DNA from: an uncultured Actinomycetes bacterium
GTDB lineage: Bacteria; Actinomycetota; Thermoleophilia; RBG-16-64-13
Assembly (NCBI GenBank): GCA_963706025.1
Contig: CAVPLM010000003.1
Coordinates: 817,970-881,969 of the forward strand
Reading direction: 5' to 3'
DNA: 64,000 bases
Under the pieces are notes generated by a model. That model was given only the letters and a program-made list of their open reading frames with translations, did no database searches and was not told the origin of the DNA. This document shows, piece after piece, positions 28,194 through 38,548 of the stretch. The translations under genes were made by a program, and so were the position numbers. The first letter of the stretch is position 1; the number at the start of each line of letters is the position of its first letter.

Positions 28194-28310
28194 TCACACG
28201 AGCCGGTTGACTGCGTCGAGAATCCGGTCCTTCTCGACGAGAACAGTGGCACCGTCAATCGGTTCTCGCCCGGTGCCGTCAATCAATTGGGCATTCGTGA
28301 GCGCCAACAT
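28194..28310 (-). pseudogene. 5' relic of an amidohydrolase paralog
   Basis: RBS GGAGGTG followed by MLALTNAQLIDGTGREPIDGATVLVEKDRI, versus MLAFTNAHLIDGTGSAPMVGATVLVDGKRI of 23415..24635. Confidence 0.8.
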
Positions 28311-28352
28311 CGTGTCTCACCTCCAGCTGCTGGATCATGACCACGAGACCAG

Positions 28353-28369
28353 ACTAACACACGTTAGGT
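28353..28369. promoter_or_regulatory. Imperfect palindromic operator upstream of the leftward operon
   Basis: CTAAC-ACAC-GTTAGG. Confidence 0.5.
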
Positions 28370-28419
28370 TACCGGTCTATAGGATCTTCCGCCCGTCCTT
28401 CGCGGGCTACCGCGTGTCG

Positions 28420-28673
28420 GCAACAAGGACGTCTCGTGGTGCGGGGTCACTGCTGAGATCGCCATGCGGATCATGGAGCAGGCCTACGGCTTGCTGGTCA
28501 CGCCCATCAAGCGCGTGGCGGCCGCGAACATACCCGTCCCCCCCGGTCATCTGGAACGGTGGGTTCTGCCCAAACCGCAGGCCATCGCCAATGCAGTTGG
28601 GTCCGTCATGGGGATCGATGAGCAGCTTGCGGTGACTGCGAGGGCACCAGGCCCCGGGTCCACTGTGGTCTAA
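28420..28673 (+). pseudogene. 3' relic of a second E1 beta gene (opposite orientation)
   Basis: CGVTAEIAMRIMEQAYGLLVTPIKRVAAANIPVPPGHLERWVLPKPQAIANAVGSV matches the C-terminus of 26165..27202. Confidence 0.85.
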
Positions 28674-28762
28674 TGTGGGTGCCCGGCCCGGCCGCTGGGC
28701 CTGTTCTCCCACCAACTCCAAGAGCGGCTTCGCGCGAACAGTAAGGGTCCGCAGCCGTGTTC

Positions 28763-28821
28763 TTGACAAGACCGTCCGTAGAACCTAGTATCTATCCAAG
28801 GCCTCCTAATGCGCATTAGGA
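28763..28821 (+). promoter_or_regulatory. sigA promoter and perfect palindromic operator of the ABC operon
   Basis: TTGACA-N17-TAGTAT (28763-28791) and TCCTAATGCGCATTAGGA (28804-28821). Confidence 0.75.
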
Positions 28822-28864
28822 AACCGGCCTCCGTTTGGGCACTCTATCAGGGGAGAGGTATGAG

Positions 28865-30157
28865 ATGAAGAGGTCTGTTCCATTAGTCTTGCTGGCACTC
28901 GCGACTGTCATATTACTTCTTGTCGTACCCATGGCCGGCTGTGGCGAAGATGAGGAGACCACCACGACGGCGGCGAACACCGCCACGACAGCAGCACCGG
29001 CTACGACGACCACGGCGGCGCCGACCACGACGACTTCGGCAGCGCCGGCTGAGCCCATCAAGATCGGCTGCCTCCTCGACCTGACTGGATTCCTCGCCTG
29101 GACGGGGACCGACAACCAGAAGGGGATGGAACTGTGCCTTGAGTTGGCCGGTAACCAGGTGGCCGGTCATCCCATCGAGTTCATAGTCGAGGATGCCGCC
29201 ACCGACGGTGCCGTCGCCATGGACAAGGCAAGAAAACTGGTCGAGACCGACAACGTAAGCATGGTCCTGGGTCCCGTCAACGGCATGGGCGACCAGGCGA
29301 TCACAGGATACATGGAGGAGCAGGGGAGACCCCGCATAGAGCTGGCGCCTACGGAAGAGATAGTGGCAGGGTCCGGAGCTGCGTGGAACTTCATGCCCCA
29401 CGGTTCCGGCATGATGTTCGGGTACGCCGTGGCGGACTATGCATACAATGACAAGGGATACAGGTCGGTTGTCGGCTTGGGCGCCGATATGGATGCCGGC
29501 CATACCTTCCTGGGCGGTTTCCTCTCGGCCTTCACGGACCTGGGCGGGACGATAGCCCAGGAAACCTACTATGCCCCTGGCACGACCGACTTCCTGCCGT
29601 TCTACGCCAGCTTCCCGCAGGCCGACTGCGTCGCCACCTGGTGGCCGGGCACAGACGGGCTCTCCGGGTTCCCACAGTACGCGGAGTCCGGGTTGACCAT
29701 GCCCATGATTCAGCCCGAGGACGGTGGCCTTACGGCCGACCCGAAAGCCCTGGCCGAGCTCCCGTCCGCTGTGGGTTGCGAAGCAGGTACGTTGTACACG
29801 TATCTCATGGAGACGGAGGGCAACGAGGAGTTTGTTGCCGCGTATGAAGCCAAGTACGGTGTGAAGCCGGGTGTCTTCGCCGGCACAGGCTACGCGACGA
29901 TGCAGTACGTCCTCTCGGTCCTGGAGGCTACGAACGGCGACACTACGCCGCAGGCGCTGCAGGAGGCCTTGAAGGCGGCCAACATCGAGACAGTGTGCGG
30001 GCCGGTCTACTTCCCGAGCGAGGCGAACAATATTGGCATAGGCCGCATTCTCATAATGAAAGTGAGCGAGGACTTGCTGCCGGAGGCGATCAAGACCATC
30101 CAGGTCAAGGAAGAACACGACGCGTCAGGTGCACCAGTACTCTCGGTAGTCCAGTAG
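28865..30157 (+). CDS. Liv/HAAT-family ABC substrate-binding lipoprotein (aromatic-acid-binding-like)
   Basis: Lipobox MAGC; Thr/Ala linker; motifs IKIGCLLDLTG and ARKLVETDNV. Confidence 0.9.
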   Translation: MKRSVPLVLLALATVILLLVVPMAGCGEDEETTTTAANTATTAAPATTTTAAPTTTTSAAPAEPIKIGCLLDLTGFLAWTGTDNQKGMELCLELAGNQVAGHPIEFIVEDAATDGAVAMDKARKLVETDNVSMVLGPVNGMGDQAITGYMEEQGRPRIELAPTEEIVAGSGAAWNFMPHGSGMMFGYAVADYAYNDKGYRSVVGLGADMDAGHTFLGGFLSAFTDLGGTIAQETYYAPGTTDFLPFYASFPQADCVATWWPGTDGLSGFPQYAESGLTMPMIQPEDGGLTADPKALAELPSAVGCEAGTLYTYLMETEGNEEFVAAYEAKYGVKPGVFAGTGYATMQYVLSVLEATNGDTTPQALQEALKAANIETVCGPVYFPSEANNIGIGRILIMKVSEDLLPEAIKTIQVKEEHDASGAPVLSVVQ

Positions 30158-30359
30158 CCTAGCTCTGGTCATAAGACCCAGCAATTGACCGACTGCCTAT
30201 CTATCGGAGATAGCGTGCCACGGGTCTTCACCCATCGGCCGGCTCTGCGGCCTCGCAAAGGCGACCCATGGGGGGCCCGTGGCATGTCTCCTCCGATTCG
30301 GATCCTCGGCGGGTTCCCTCCACCAGGGGCCTTGATGTTCGAGAAGGCCTGACCCCACA

Positions 30360-31214
30360 ATGAGCGCACTCTATTCGATCCTGTCCGGCATCTCCTACGG
30401 GATGGTCCTGTTCCTGCTGTCTGCCGGCGTCTCTATAGTGTTCGGACTCATGAACATCGTGAACCTGGCTCATGGCATGCTCTTCATGCTGGCCGCGTAT
30501 GCGGGAATAGAGGTCGTGCAGTCCACCGGCAGCTTCTGGCTCGCCCTGGTGGTCGGCATCTTCGCAGCCGGTCTTGCGGGATTGATCATAGAGCGGGGCT
30601 TTCTCCGCACGCTCTATGCCAAACAACTGTCTCAGATACTCGTCTGTTTCGGCTTTATCTACGTAATCACCAATCTGCACCTCTGGCTCTATGGGCCGAT
30701 TCCGAAGACAATGCCCGTTCCCGAAGTATTGCAGAACTCGGTCCCTATCGGCGCGTATCAGTTCAGCTACTACCGCATCATGATCATCCTTGTCGGCCTG
30801 CTCCTGTGCGGGCTTCTCTATTTTGCCCAGGAGCGCACCAGAGTGGGAGCGATCGTGCGGGCGGGGATGGAAAAGCCCGAGATGGTGAACACCATGGGCA
30901 TCAACCTGATGGCCGTGAACATCGGAGCCTTCTTTGTGGCCTCTTGCCTGTCGGGTCTGGCGGGCGTTCTGGGCGCCGGGGTCATCGGAGGGGTGTCTTA
31001 CTTCACCGGGGGAAATTATGTCTTCGTGGCGATCGCGGTGTGCATCATCGGCGGTGTAGGCTCGGTGCAAGGAGCTTTGGCAGGCGCCCTCATCATTGGT
31101 GTGTGCGAAGCCCTCGCCAAGACGTTCTATCCTCCGCTGGCCTTGTACATCATGTACCTCTTGATGGCGCTGGTGATCATATTCCGGCCCAGCGGGTTGT
31201 TGGGCAAGAAATGA
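30360..31214 (+). CDS. LivH-like ABC permease
   Basis: Motifs FGLMNIVNLAHG and IIGGVGSVQGA. Confidence 0.92.
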   Translation: MSALYSILSGISYGMVLFLLSAGVSIVFGLMNIVNLAHGMLFMLAAYAGIEVVQSTGSFWLALVVGIFAAGLAGLIIERGFLRTLYAKQLSQILVCFGFIYVITNLHLWLYGPIPKTMPVPEVLQNSVPIGAYQFSYYRIMIILVGLLLCGLLYFAQERTRVGAIVRAGMEKPEMVNTMGINLMAVNIGAFFVASCLSGLAGVLGAGVIGGVSYFTGGNYVFVAIAVCIIGGVGSVQGALAGALIIGVCEALAKTFYPPLALYIMYLLMALVIIFRPSGLLGKK

Positions 31215-32287
31215 GAGCGAAGCGTTCCGCAGACGGCTCCGTTCCTGCCGGTCGAGCGCTCCCGCCGCATCTCGGCAGACGGCTCGCATACTTCAGTCCG
31301 CTGGCCGCCGCCCTGCTCGTTCTGCTGAGCGGCCCCGCCTTCCTGGCTCCGGATATGGTCAGCCTCCTGATCAAGATCGTCATCTACGCCCTGCTGGCGA
31401 TGAGCCTGGACCTGATCTTCGGGTACACGGGCTTGTGGTCTTTCGGGCACGCGGCCATTTTCGGCGTTGCCGCCTACACCGTTGCCATCCTTGTCATCAA
31501 GGTAGGTCTCACGACCTTCTGGGTGGTGGCTCCCATAGGCGTGGGGGCGGCGGTCATCATGGCTGCGCTGTACGGTGTGTTAGGACTGCGCTCCAGAGAG
31601 ATCTACTTCATGCTGGTCACGTTCGCCTTCGGGCAATTGATCTACGTCGCCGCGCGAACCTCCACCGCGTACACGGGAGGGTCCAACGGCATCTGGGGCG
31701 TCCCTTACCCGGATCTGGGTTTTGGCCCGCAATTGACCAAGACGAGCTACTACTACTTCGTGCTGATAGTGGTAGCCATCGGGGCTGTGTTGCTGTACCG
31801 GATCACGAAGTCCCCGTTCGGCTACAGCCTCAGGGGCATCCAGGACAACGAGGTCAGAACCAAGGCCCTTGGCTACAACACTTGGATGCGGCGTTTCTTG
31901 GCCCTCATCCTGAGCGGCTTCTTCGCCGGCGTGGCTGGGGTGCTCTACATCTACTACAATGGCGGCATCGGGCCCGAACAGGTGGGTTTGGACTACTCCG
32001 GTCTGCTCATCATGATGCTGATCATCGGCGGCATGGGCACGCTTTGGGGGGGCGTGATCGGCAGCGTGGTGATCCTGCTCCTCTCGTACGTCATCAGCCT
32101 GTATACGCCGGCCAGATGGCCGTTGATCCTTGGTTCCCTGTTCATCGCGGCCGTGTTCTTTGCCGGGGACGGCATCTTGCCCCGTTTCACAAAGTTGTGG
32201 AAGCGGGTCTGCCGGTACCAGGTGAACGGGGGCAGCCGCTCGGAGAGGGCGCCGGAAGACGTGTCTTTGGGCGACAAGGGCTCCTGA
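31211..32287 (+). CDS. LivM-like ABC permease
   Basis: Motifs GYTGLWSFGHAA, YFMLVTFAFG, TGGSNG and SPFG. Confidence 0.92.
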   Translation: MRAKRSADGSVPAGRALPPHLGRRLAYFSPLAAALLVLLSGPAFLAPDMVSLLIKIVIYALLAMSLDLIFGYTGLWSFGHAAIFGVAAYTVAILVIKVGLTTFWVVAPIGVGAAVIMAALYGVLGLRSREIYFMLVTFAFGQLIYVAARTSTAYTGGSNGIWGVPYPDLGFGPQLTKTSYYYFVLIVVAIGAVLLYRITKSPFGYSLRGIQDNEVRTKALGYNTWMRRFLALILSGFFAGVAGVLYIYYNGGIGPEQVGLDYSGLLIMMLIIGGMGTLWGGVIGSVVILLLSYVISLYTPARWPLILGSLFIAAVFFAGDGILPRFTKLWKRVCRYQVNGGSRSERAPEDVSLGDKGS

Positions 32288-32288
32288 G

Positions 32289-33047
32289 ATGGCGGACATG
32301 CTCAAGATCGACAACGTGACCCAGGCCTACGGCGGCCTCACGGTACTCCAGGGTATCAGCTTCGTGGTCGCCCCCGGGGAGAAGGTGGCCCTGATCGGGC
32401 CCAACGGGGCCGGCAAGACTACCGTGCTCAACGTGCTTACCGGCCTGCTTGCCCCCGCGTCGGGCAGCGTCTACCTGTCCGGGCAAGACATAACGGGACT
32501 CCCGGTGCAGAGGAGGATCGCCCTTGGCATGGGTCGGAGCTTCCAGATCACCAGCCTCTTCCCCCAGCTCAGCATCCTGCACAACGTCCTGCTGGCCCTG
32601 TTGGGGGTTCAAAGAGCGAGCTACCACATGCTGCGGAGCATCACCTCCTTCAAGGCGGCGAACGCCGCGGCGAAGCAGTTGCTCGACTCGGTCGACCTAT
32701 GGGATGCGCGTGACCTTCTCCCCACAGAGATCTCCTACGGGCAGCAGAGACGCCTGGAGCTCACCTTGGCCCTGGCCTCTCAACCCAAAGTCCTCCTGTT
32801 GGACGAGCCGAGCGCGGGCCTCTCGAACGAAGAATCTGCCGCCCTTGGCAGAATGCTGCGGCTGCCGGCCTATGAGGACGTGGCGATCCTGCTGGTGGCT
32901 CACGACATGGACCTGGTCTTCGGGGTGGCGGATCGGATCCTGGTGCTCTACTACGGCGCCATCGTTTCCGAGGGCAAAGCCGAGGAGATTCAAAGAGACG
33001 AGAAGGTAAGGGAGATCTACTTCGGCTCGGGGGCGGACCGTGCTTGA
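32289..33047 (+). CDS. LivG-like ABC ATPase
   Basis: Motifs GPNGAGKTT, SYGQQR and LLLDEPSAG. Confidence 0.93.
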   Translation: MADMLKIDNVTQAYGGLTVLQGISFVVAPGEKVALIGPNGAGKTTVLNVLTGLLAPASGSVYLSGQDITGLPVQRRIALGMGRSFQITSLFPQLSILHNVLLALLGVQRASYHMLRSITSFKAANAAAKQLLDSVDLWDARDLLPTEISYGQQRRLELTLALASQPKVLLLDEPSAGLSNEESAALGRMLRLPAYEDVAILLVAHDMDLVFGVADRILVLYYGAIVSEGKAEEIQRDEKVREIYFGSGADRA

Positions 33048-33750
33048 GATCGCCGGCATCGATACGTACTACGGCCAGACCCAGATCTTGAGGAACGTCT
33101 CGTTGGCCGTGGAAGAGGGCAAGATAGTCACCCTGCTTGGACGCAACGGCATGGGGAAGACCACCACCGCACGCTCGATCATGGGGCTCACGCCGCCTCG
33201 CGCTGGATCCATCACGTTCGAGGGCAAGGACATCACGCACCTGAAGCACTTCCGCATCGCCCGCCTGGGGCTGGCTCTGGTGCCGCAAGGTCGCCTGATC
33301 TTCGCCTCGCTGAGCGTGAAGGAGAACCTGACCATGGGGATGCGGGGGGAAGGGTTCTCGCTTGACAACATATACGAGTACTTCCCGGTCCTCAAAGAAA
33401 GATCGAAACACAAGGGGAACCAGCTCAGCGGCGGCGAGCAGCAGATGCTGGCCATAGCCCGGGCCCTGCTTGCCAATCCCAAGCTACTGCTGTTGGACGA
33501 GCCCTCCGAGGGCCTTGCTCCAAGGATCGTGGAAGAAGTGGGCCAGATCGTCCTGAAGCTCAAGGAGATGGGATTGTCGGTCCTTCTGGTGGAGCAGAAC
33601 CTGTCATTGGCTCTCGGCGTGAGCGACTATGCCTACGTGATGCACAGGGGAGAGATCGTCTACCGGGGAGCCACCGCGGAGCTGGCACAGAATGATGCCG
33701 TGCAGGCGGAGTACATTGGCGTTTCCGGGTCGGGACGAAGCGCGGGTTGA
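33040..33750 (+). CDS. LivF-like ABC ATPase
   Basis: Motifs GRNGMGKTT, LSGGEQQML and LDEPSEGLAP. Confidence 0.93.
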   Translation: MLEIAGIDTYYGQTQILRNVSLAVEEGKIVTLLGRNGMGKTTTARSIMGLTPPRAGSITFEGKDITHLKHFRIARLGLALVPQGRLIFASLSVKENLTMGMRGEGFSLDNIYEYFPVLKERSKHKGNQLSGGEQQMLAIARALLANPKLLLLDEPSEGLAPRIVEEVGQIVLKLKEMGLSVLLVEQNLSLALGVSDYAYVMHRGEIVYRGATAELAQNDAVQAEYIGVSGSGRSAG

Positions 33751-33774
33751 CCTAACCGAAAGGAGAAGGGGTCG

Positions 33775-34763
33775 ATGCACGAGATTGACTTTTCCAAGTA
33801 TAAAGATGTGCCGCCCTACATGTTCATCCCCTTCGCCAAAGACACCATCATGGACATGTCCTACCACGACAGGTGGAACATCCCGGACAAGGTGGGCATA
33901 ACCGTCGCGCCGGTGGGAGCCTTCGTGAAGCGTGACCAGAACCCCTATCAGCCGTATACGCCCGAGGAGATCATCAAGGAGTGCATCGAGGCCGTCGAGG
34001 CAGGGGCCTGCGGAGTGCACATCCACGTGCGCGACGAAGAAGGTAACCCATCGTCCGACCGGACGATGACGCTGCAGGTGGTCAACGCTCTGCGGGAGCG
34101 GTTCAGGGACACCGTCTACATCGAGGGAGAGGCCAACACCGGCCCCGACTTCGAGACCATGATGCAGCCGCTAGTCGAGGACTACCTGGAGAACGCCGCC
34201 GTCAACTGTATGGCGGATTTCATCGGGGACGCCCTGTTCTGTCTGCCGCCGCAGACCTGCCGGGCGACCGCCGAGGTGATCCAGGCCTGCGGCAAGAAGG
34301 TCACGCTGGCGGTATACAACGCGGGGGATATCGATAACACCTACCGGTGGATCATCAAGCCAGGCGTCGTCAAGCCCCCTTCTGCTGGGGGGTGTGCATC
34401 GGCACGCCGGGCGGAGCCCCGATGTGGGACCCGCTCGGCATGGCGGAGACGCTGCTGGGCGTTATCCGGCGCATCAGGGACGTCGACCCCTCGGACAGCC
34501 CCTTCATCACCGTGTGCCAGGCGGGGCGGGCCTCCTCGTACCTGTCGACCTTGGCGATCCTGCTCGGCTGTAACGTGCGTGTGGGCAAAGAGGACGCCAT
34601 CCACGTGGTGCCGCACAAGGACGACAAGATCGTCTCCTGCAAAGACGCTGTGGAACAGCACGTCGTGCTGGCCAGGCTGCTCGGCCGGGAGCCCATGACC
34701 GCGGCCGAGTACCGGGTGGCCAACGCCATGGCTCCCTACGAGTACAGAGGGGCGTACACATGA
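33775..34763 (+). CDS. BKACE/DUF849 beta-keto acid cleavage enzyme family; frameshift in the C-run near 34376
   Basis: ITVAPVGA..NPYQPYTPEEI..AGACGVHIHVRD in frame 1; GCNVRVGKED..LGREPMT in ORF 34347..34763. Confidence 0.85.
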
Positions 34764-35524
34764 AACGCGTGAAGGACAAGGTGGCGATCGTCACCGGGGC
34801 GGCCAGCGGCATGGGCGAGGCCTCGGCGCGGCTGCTGGCCCGCGAGGGGGCTAAAGTCGTGATGTCCGACATCAACGAGGTAGCTGGAGACAGGATAGCC
34901 ATGGAGATAGCAGGTCAGGGCGACACCTGTGTCTTCATGAAGCACGATGTGGCCAGCGAGTCCGACTGGCAGCGGGTGATCGCGGGCACTCTCGAGCGTT
35001 TCGCCAGGCTTGACGTACTCGTGAACAACGCCGGCGTCACCGTGAACAAGGATATCGAGGAGACCACGCTGGAAGAGTGGCGCTGGGTCATGAGTGTCAA
35101 CCTGGACGGTGTGTTCCTCGGGGTCAAATACGCCATGGGGGCTATGAAGAAGACCGGGGGCGGTTCGATCATCAATATCTCTTCGGCCGGGGGGATCGTC
35201 GGTCAGTTGTGGGCTGCTGCCTACAACGCCAGTAAGGGCGGCGTCAGGCTGCTGACGAAAGCGGCCGCCCTCGAATGTTCAAAGGCGGGGCGCGACTACA
35301 ACATCCGAGTCAACTCGATCCATCCCGGATGCGTGCGCACGGCTCTCCTGGAGCCTCTGCTCAAGAAGAAGGAGATGGCGGACATCATCAACAGTCTGCA
35401 TCCAATAGGGCACCTGGGAGATCCGGAGGACGTGGCCTACGCAGTCCTCTACCTGGCGTCTGATGAGTCCAAGTTCGCCACCGGCTCGGAACTGGTGATC
35501 GACGGAGGCTACACGGCCCAGTAG
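34760..35524 (+). CDS. Classical NAD-dependent SDR oxidoreductase
   Basis: Motifs TGAASGMG, acidic SD after beta2, NNAG, YNASK and IDGG. Confidence 0.92.
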   Translation: MKRVKDKVAIVTGAASGMGEASARLLAREGAKVVMSDINEVAGDRIAMEIAGQGDTCVFMKHDVASESDWQRVIAGTLERFARLDVLVNNAGVTVNKDIEETTLEEWRWVMSVNLDGVFLGVKYAMGAMKKTGGGSIINISSAGGIVGQLWAAAYNASKGGVRLLTKAAALECSKAGRDYNIRVNSIHPGCVRTALLEPLLKKKEMADIINSLHPIGHLGDPEDVAYAVLYLASDESKFATGSELVIDGGYTAQ

Positions 35525-35571
35525 CAGTCGATCGGGGAGAAGACGGTCGTCACAGAGCGAAAGGTGGAGAG

Positions 35572-36582
35572 ATGAAGAAGTTGATCAACAACCCATACGA
35601 GGTCGTCGACGATACGCTCGCCGGTATTCTCAAAGCCTATCCATTCCATCTGCGGGCCTGTCGGGAAAGCCAGCGGGCCTTGGTGCGCGCGGATGCGCCG
35701 GTGAAAGGTAAGGTAGGCATCTGCACGGGAGGAGGGTCGGGTCATATTCCTGTGTTTCTCGGCTATGTCGGCCCGGGCCTGCTTGACGGAGTGGCCGTAG
35801 GCAACGTCTTTTCGTCTCCAAGCGCGGAGGACATGCTGGCTGCCGCCAAAGAGGTCGACGGCGGTGCCGGCGTGCTCTATCTCTACGGGAATTACCAGGG
35901 CGACATTATGAACTTCGACATGGCCGCGGAGATGGCGGAAGTCGACGGAATCGCCGTAAAGACGTGCATCGCCATGGACGACGTCGCCTCAGCCCCGCGT
36001 TCCGAAATGGAGCACCGTCGAGGCGTGGCCGGCATCTTCTTTGCCTACAAGATCGCCGGAGCCAAGGCCGACACCATGGCCAGTCTCGACGAGGTCAAAG
36101 CTGTGACCGACCGAGCGATCGAGAGCACGTGCACCATGGGGTTCTCTCTCAGCCCCTGCACGATCCCAGCGGTCGGGAAACCCACCTTCTCCATCGCTGA
36201 GGATGAGATGGAGCTCGGCATGGGCATCCACGGAGAGCCCGGTATCGAGCGCACCAAGCTGAAGCCGGCCAACGAAGTGGCCACTATCGTCACGGAGAAG
36301 CTCATCGCCGATCTGCCCTTCAGGGCCGGCGACAAGGTGGCTGTGCTGGTCAACGGTCTGGGGGCCACTCCGCCGGAAGAGCTCTTCATCCTGTACAGCA
36401 AGGTCCACGACATTCTGAGGGAGCACAGCATCGGGATATATCGGTCCTTCATTGGCGAATATGCGACGTCCATGGAAATGGCCGGCGCGTCGGTCACGTT
36501 ATTCAGGCTGGACGAGGAATTCATGAGTCTGCTGGATGCGCCTGCGTACTCACCGTTCTTGCTGCAGTGGCCTAGGCCGTGA
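35572..36582 (+). CDS. dhaK: Dihydroxyacetone/tetrulose kinase K subunit
   Basis: Motifs GGGSGH, GNYQGD..NF and GMGIHGEPG. Confidence 0.9.
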   Translation: MKKLINNPYEVVDDTLAGILKAYPFHLRACRESQRALVRADAPVKGKVGICTGGGSGHIPVFLGYVGPGLLDGVAVGNVFSSPSAEDMLAAAKEVDGGAGVLYLYGNYQGDIMNFDMAAEMAEVDGIAVKTCIAMDDVASAPRSEMEHRRGVAGIFFAYKIAGAKADTMASLDEVKAVTDRAIESTCTMGFSLSPCTIPAVGKPTFSIAEDEMELGMGIHGEPGIERTKLKPANEVATIVTEKLIADLPFRAGDKVAVLVNGLGATPPEELFILYSKVHDILREHSIGIYRSFIGEYATSMEMAGASVTLFRLDEEFMSLLDAPAYSPFLLQWPRP

Positions 36583-37238
36583 GCGCGTTTGCCTTCGACA
36601 GTGCTGACCTCTGTCGCATGCTAAGTCAGGTAGCGGCCGGTCTTGCGGCGCACAGCGAAGAAATGCGAGAATTAGACGCAAAAGTAGGTGATGGAGACCT
36701 GGGGATCACGGTTGGCCTGATCGCCAAAGCCTTGACCGACTTCGCAGAAACAACGAGCGAAGCAGATGTAGGGAAGCTGCTCATGCAGTGCGGCTTGGCG
36801 GTCAACAGATCCAATCCCTCCACTTTCGCCACTATTCTTGCATCTGGATTCATGGGTGGTGGCAAAGCTGTCGTCGGCAAGACGTCTATCGGGCTCAGTG
36901 ACTGGGTCGCCATGGGCGAAAGCGCGGTCGACAGCATGCAGTGCCGTGGCAAGGCGTCGGTAGGAGACAAGACCCTGCTGGACACGCTGGTGCCGGCTAT
37001 CGCGTCGCTGGCAGCCGAGGCGCGCAAGGGGAGCGATGAACGGACCGCGGTGCTGGCAGCGTCGCGGGCCGGTGAGCAGGGGATGAGGGCCACCACAGAT
37101 ATGGTCGCCAGGTGCGGCAGGGCCAGGGCTTTTCAGGAGCGGAGCATTGGCGTGCAGGACGGCGGCGCCACGGCGATGTTCTACATGATCAACGCCTTTG
37201 CGGAGTTTGTGGACGCCTCGCTCCCGAATGTGGGTTGA
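36579..37238 (+). CDS. dhaL: Dihydroxyacetone/tetrulose kinase L subunit
   Basis: Motifs LDAKVGDGDLG, GDKTLLD, GRA and DGGA. Confidence 0.88.
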   Translation: MSAFAFDSADLCRMLSQVAAGLAAHSEEMRELDAKVGDGDLGITVGLIAKALTDFAETTSEADVGKLLMQCGLAVNRSNPSTFATILASGFMGGGKAVVGKTSIGLSDWVAMGESAVDSMQCRGKASVGDKTLLDTLVPAIASLAAEARKGSDERTAVLAASRAGEQGMRATTDMVARCGRARAFQERSIGVQDGGATAMFYMINAFAEFVDASLPNVG

Positions 37239-37298
37239 TGCGATGAACAACGCGACAGATGGAGCCCAGGTCATGCTAAGGCCGGCAAGGAGGAGTGG

Positions 37299-37664
37299 AT
37301 GCTAGAGCGCGTAACAAGGGACGATGCCCCCGTATACCACCTGCCGGGCCGCGATTGGCGCTTGTGCATGGGTCCCGGCATCAGTGAGGTCAAGAACCTG
37401 ACGGTGGGTGTCTCGATCTTTCCCCCGGGGTCCGCTCCGCCCGGCCATGTCCACGACCGCGAGGAGGAAGTCATCTACGTCGTGTCGGGACGAGGGGAGC
37501 TGCACACACCCGAGTGCTCTGTGTCGTTGGAGCCAGGGACCTGCGTCTATGTCCCCATCGGGCTGCATCACGCTACTGCTTCACACGGCCCGGAACCTCT
37601 CGAACTGGTCACGGCATTCTCACCCCCGGTCATGCCCGGATCGTATGAGGTGCAGGAGAGATGA
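37299..37664 (+). CDS. Cupin_2 domain protein
   Basis: HVHDREEEVIYVVSG...VPIGLHH. Confidence 0.85.
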   Translation: MLERVTRDDAPVYHLPGRDWRLCMGPGISEVKNLTVGVSIFPPGSAPPGHVHDREEEVIYVVSGRGELHTPECSVSLEPGTCVYVPIGLHHATASHGPEPLELVTAFSPPVMPGSYEVQER

Positions 37665-38548
37665 CCCAGGCCTCGCCCAGCATCGACGAGATGCGGGCGA
37701 TCGCCCGGCGCGGAAGGCGCGAGATCGTCAAGGCAGTGGCTCGCGCAAAGGGAGGTCATCTGGGTGGGCCCCTCTCTGCCTTCGACATTCTCACCGCCCT
37801 CTACTTCAGAGTGTTGAACGTGCGGCCTGACGAGCCCTCCTGGCCCGACCGGGATCGATTCATCCTTTCGAAGGGTCACGCCTCCATCGCTCTGTACACG
37901 ATCCTCGCCCTCCGCGGCTACTTCCCGCTTGAGGAGCTATCGACCTTCGACGCGATCGATTCCCGGCTGCAGGGACATCCGGACATGACCATCACTCCGG
38001 GCGTCGACATGTCGTCCGGCTCCCTTGGTCTTGGGTTCTCTGCCGGTATAGGGATGGCGCTGGCGGCCAGACTGGCCGGGAAGACCTTCACGACCTGCGT
38101 GATGGTCGGCGATGGCGAGTGCAACGAGGGTATCGTCTGGGAGGGGGCCCACGTCGCCCAACGTCACGCGCTCGGCAATCTCGTTGTCATAGTCGACCAC
38201 AATCAGCTCCAGCAGTTTGGATGGCGCGGTAAGGATGGAGCTGATCGTCTTCCTCCCTACACGGGGACCCAGCTAAAAGACCGGTGGACCTCCTTCGGAT
38301 GGGAGACGCTCGAGGTCGACGGGCACGACATGGCGGCCGTGGTCGATGTCCTTGAGAGGGCCTGGCATGTCAGCGACAAGCCCGCTTTGGTCATCGCCCG
38401 CACCGTGAAAGGCAAGGGCGTTTCGTTCATGGAGGGGGACTTCCTCTGGCATAGCCGGGTGCCCACCGACGAAGAGCTGGCGGCTGCGCTCGAGGAGTTG
38501 AAAGAGCCTCCGACTGAAGGGCAGGGGGGCGTGCGTGGCTCTTCCTAG
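37661..38548 (+). CDS. Split transketolase, N-terminal subunit
   Basis: Motifs GGHLGG, RDRFILSKGH, LQGHP, GDGECNEG and TVKGKG. Confidence 0.93.
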   Translation: MTQASPSIDEMRAIARRGRREIVKAVARAKGGHLGGPLSAFDILTALYFRVLNVRPDEPSWPDRDRFILSKGHASIALYTILALRGYFPLEELSTFDAIDSRLQGHPDMTITPGVDMSSGSLGLGFSAGIGMALAARLAGKTFTTCVMVGDGECNEGIVWEGAHVAQRHALGNLVVIVDHNQLQQFGWRGKDGADRLPPYTGTQLKDRWTSFGWETLEVDGHDMAAVVDVLERAWHVSDKPALVIARTVKGKGVSFMEGDFLWHSRVPTDEELAAALEELKEPPTEGQGGVRGSS

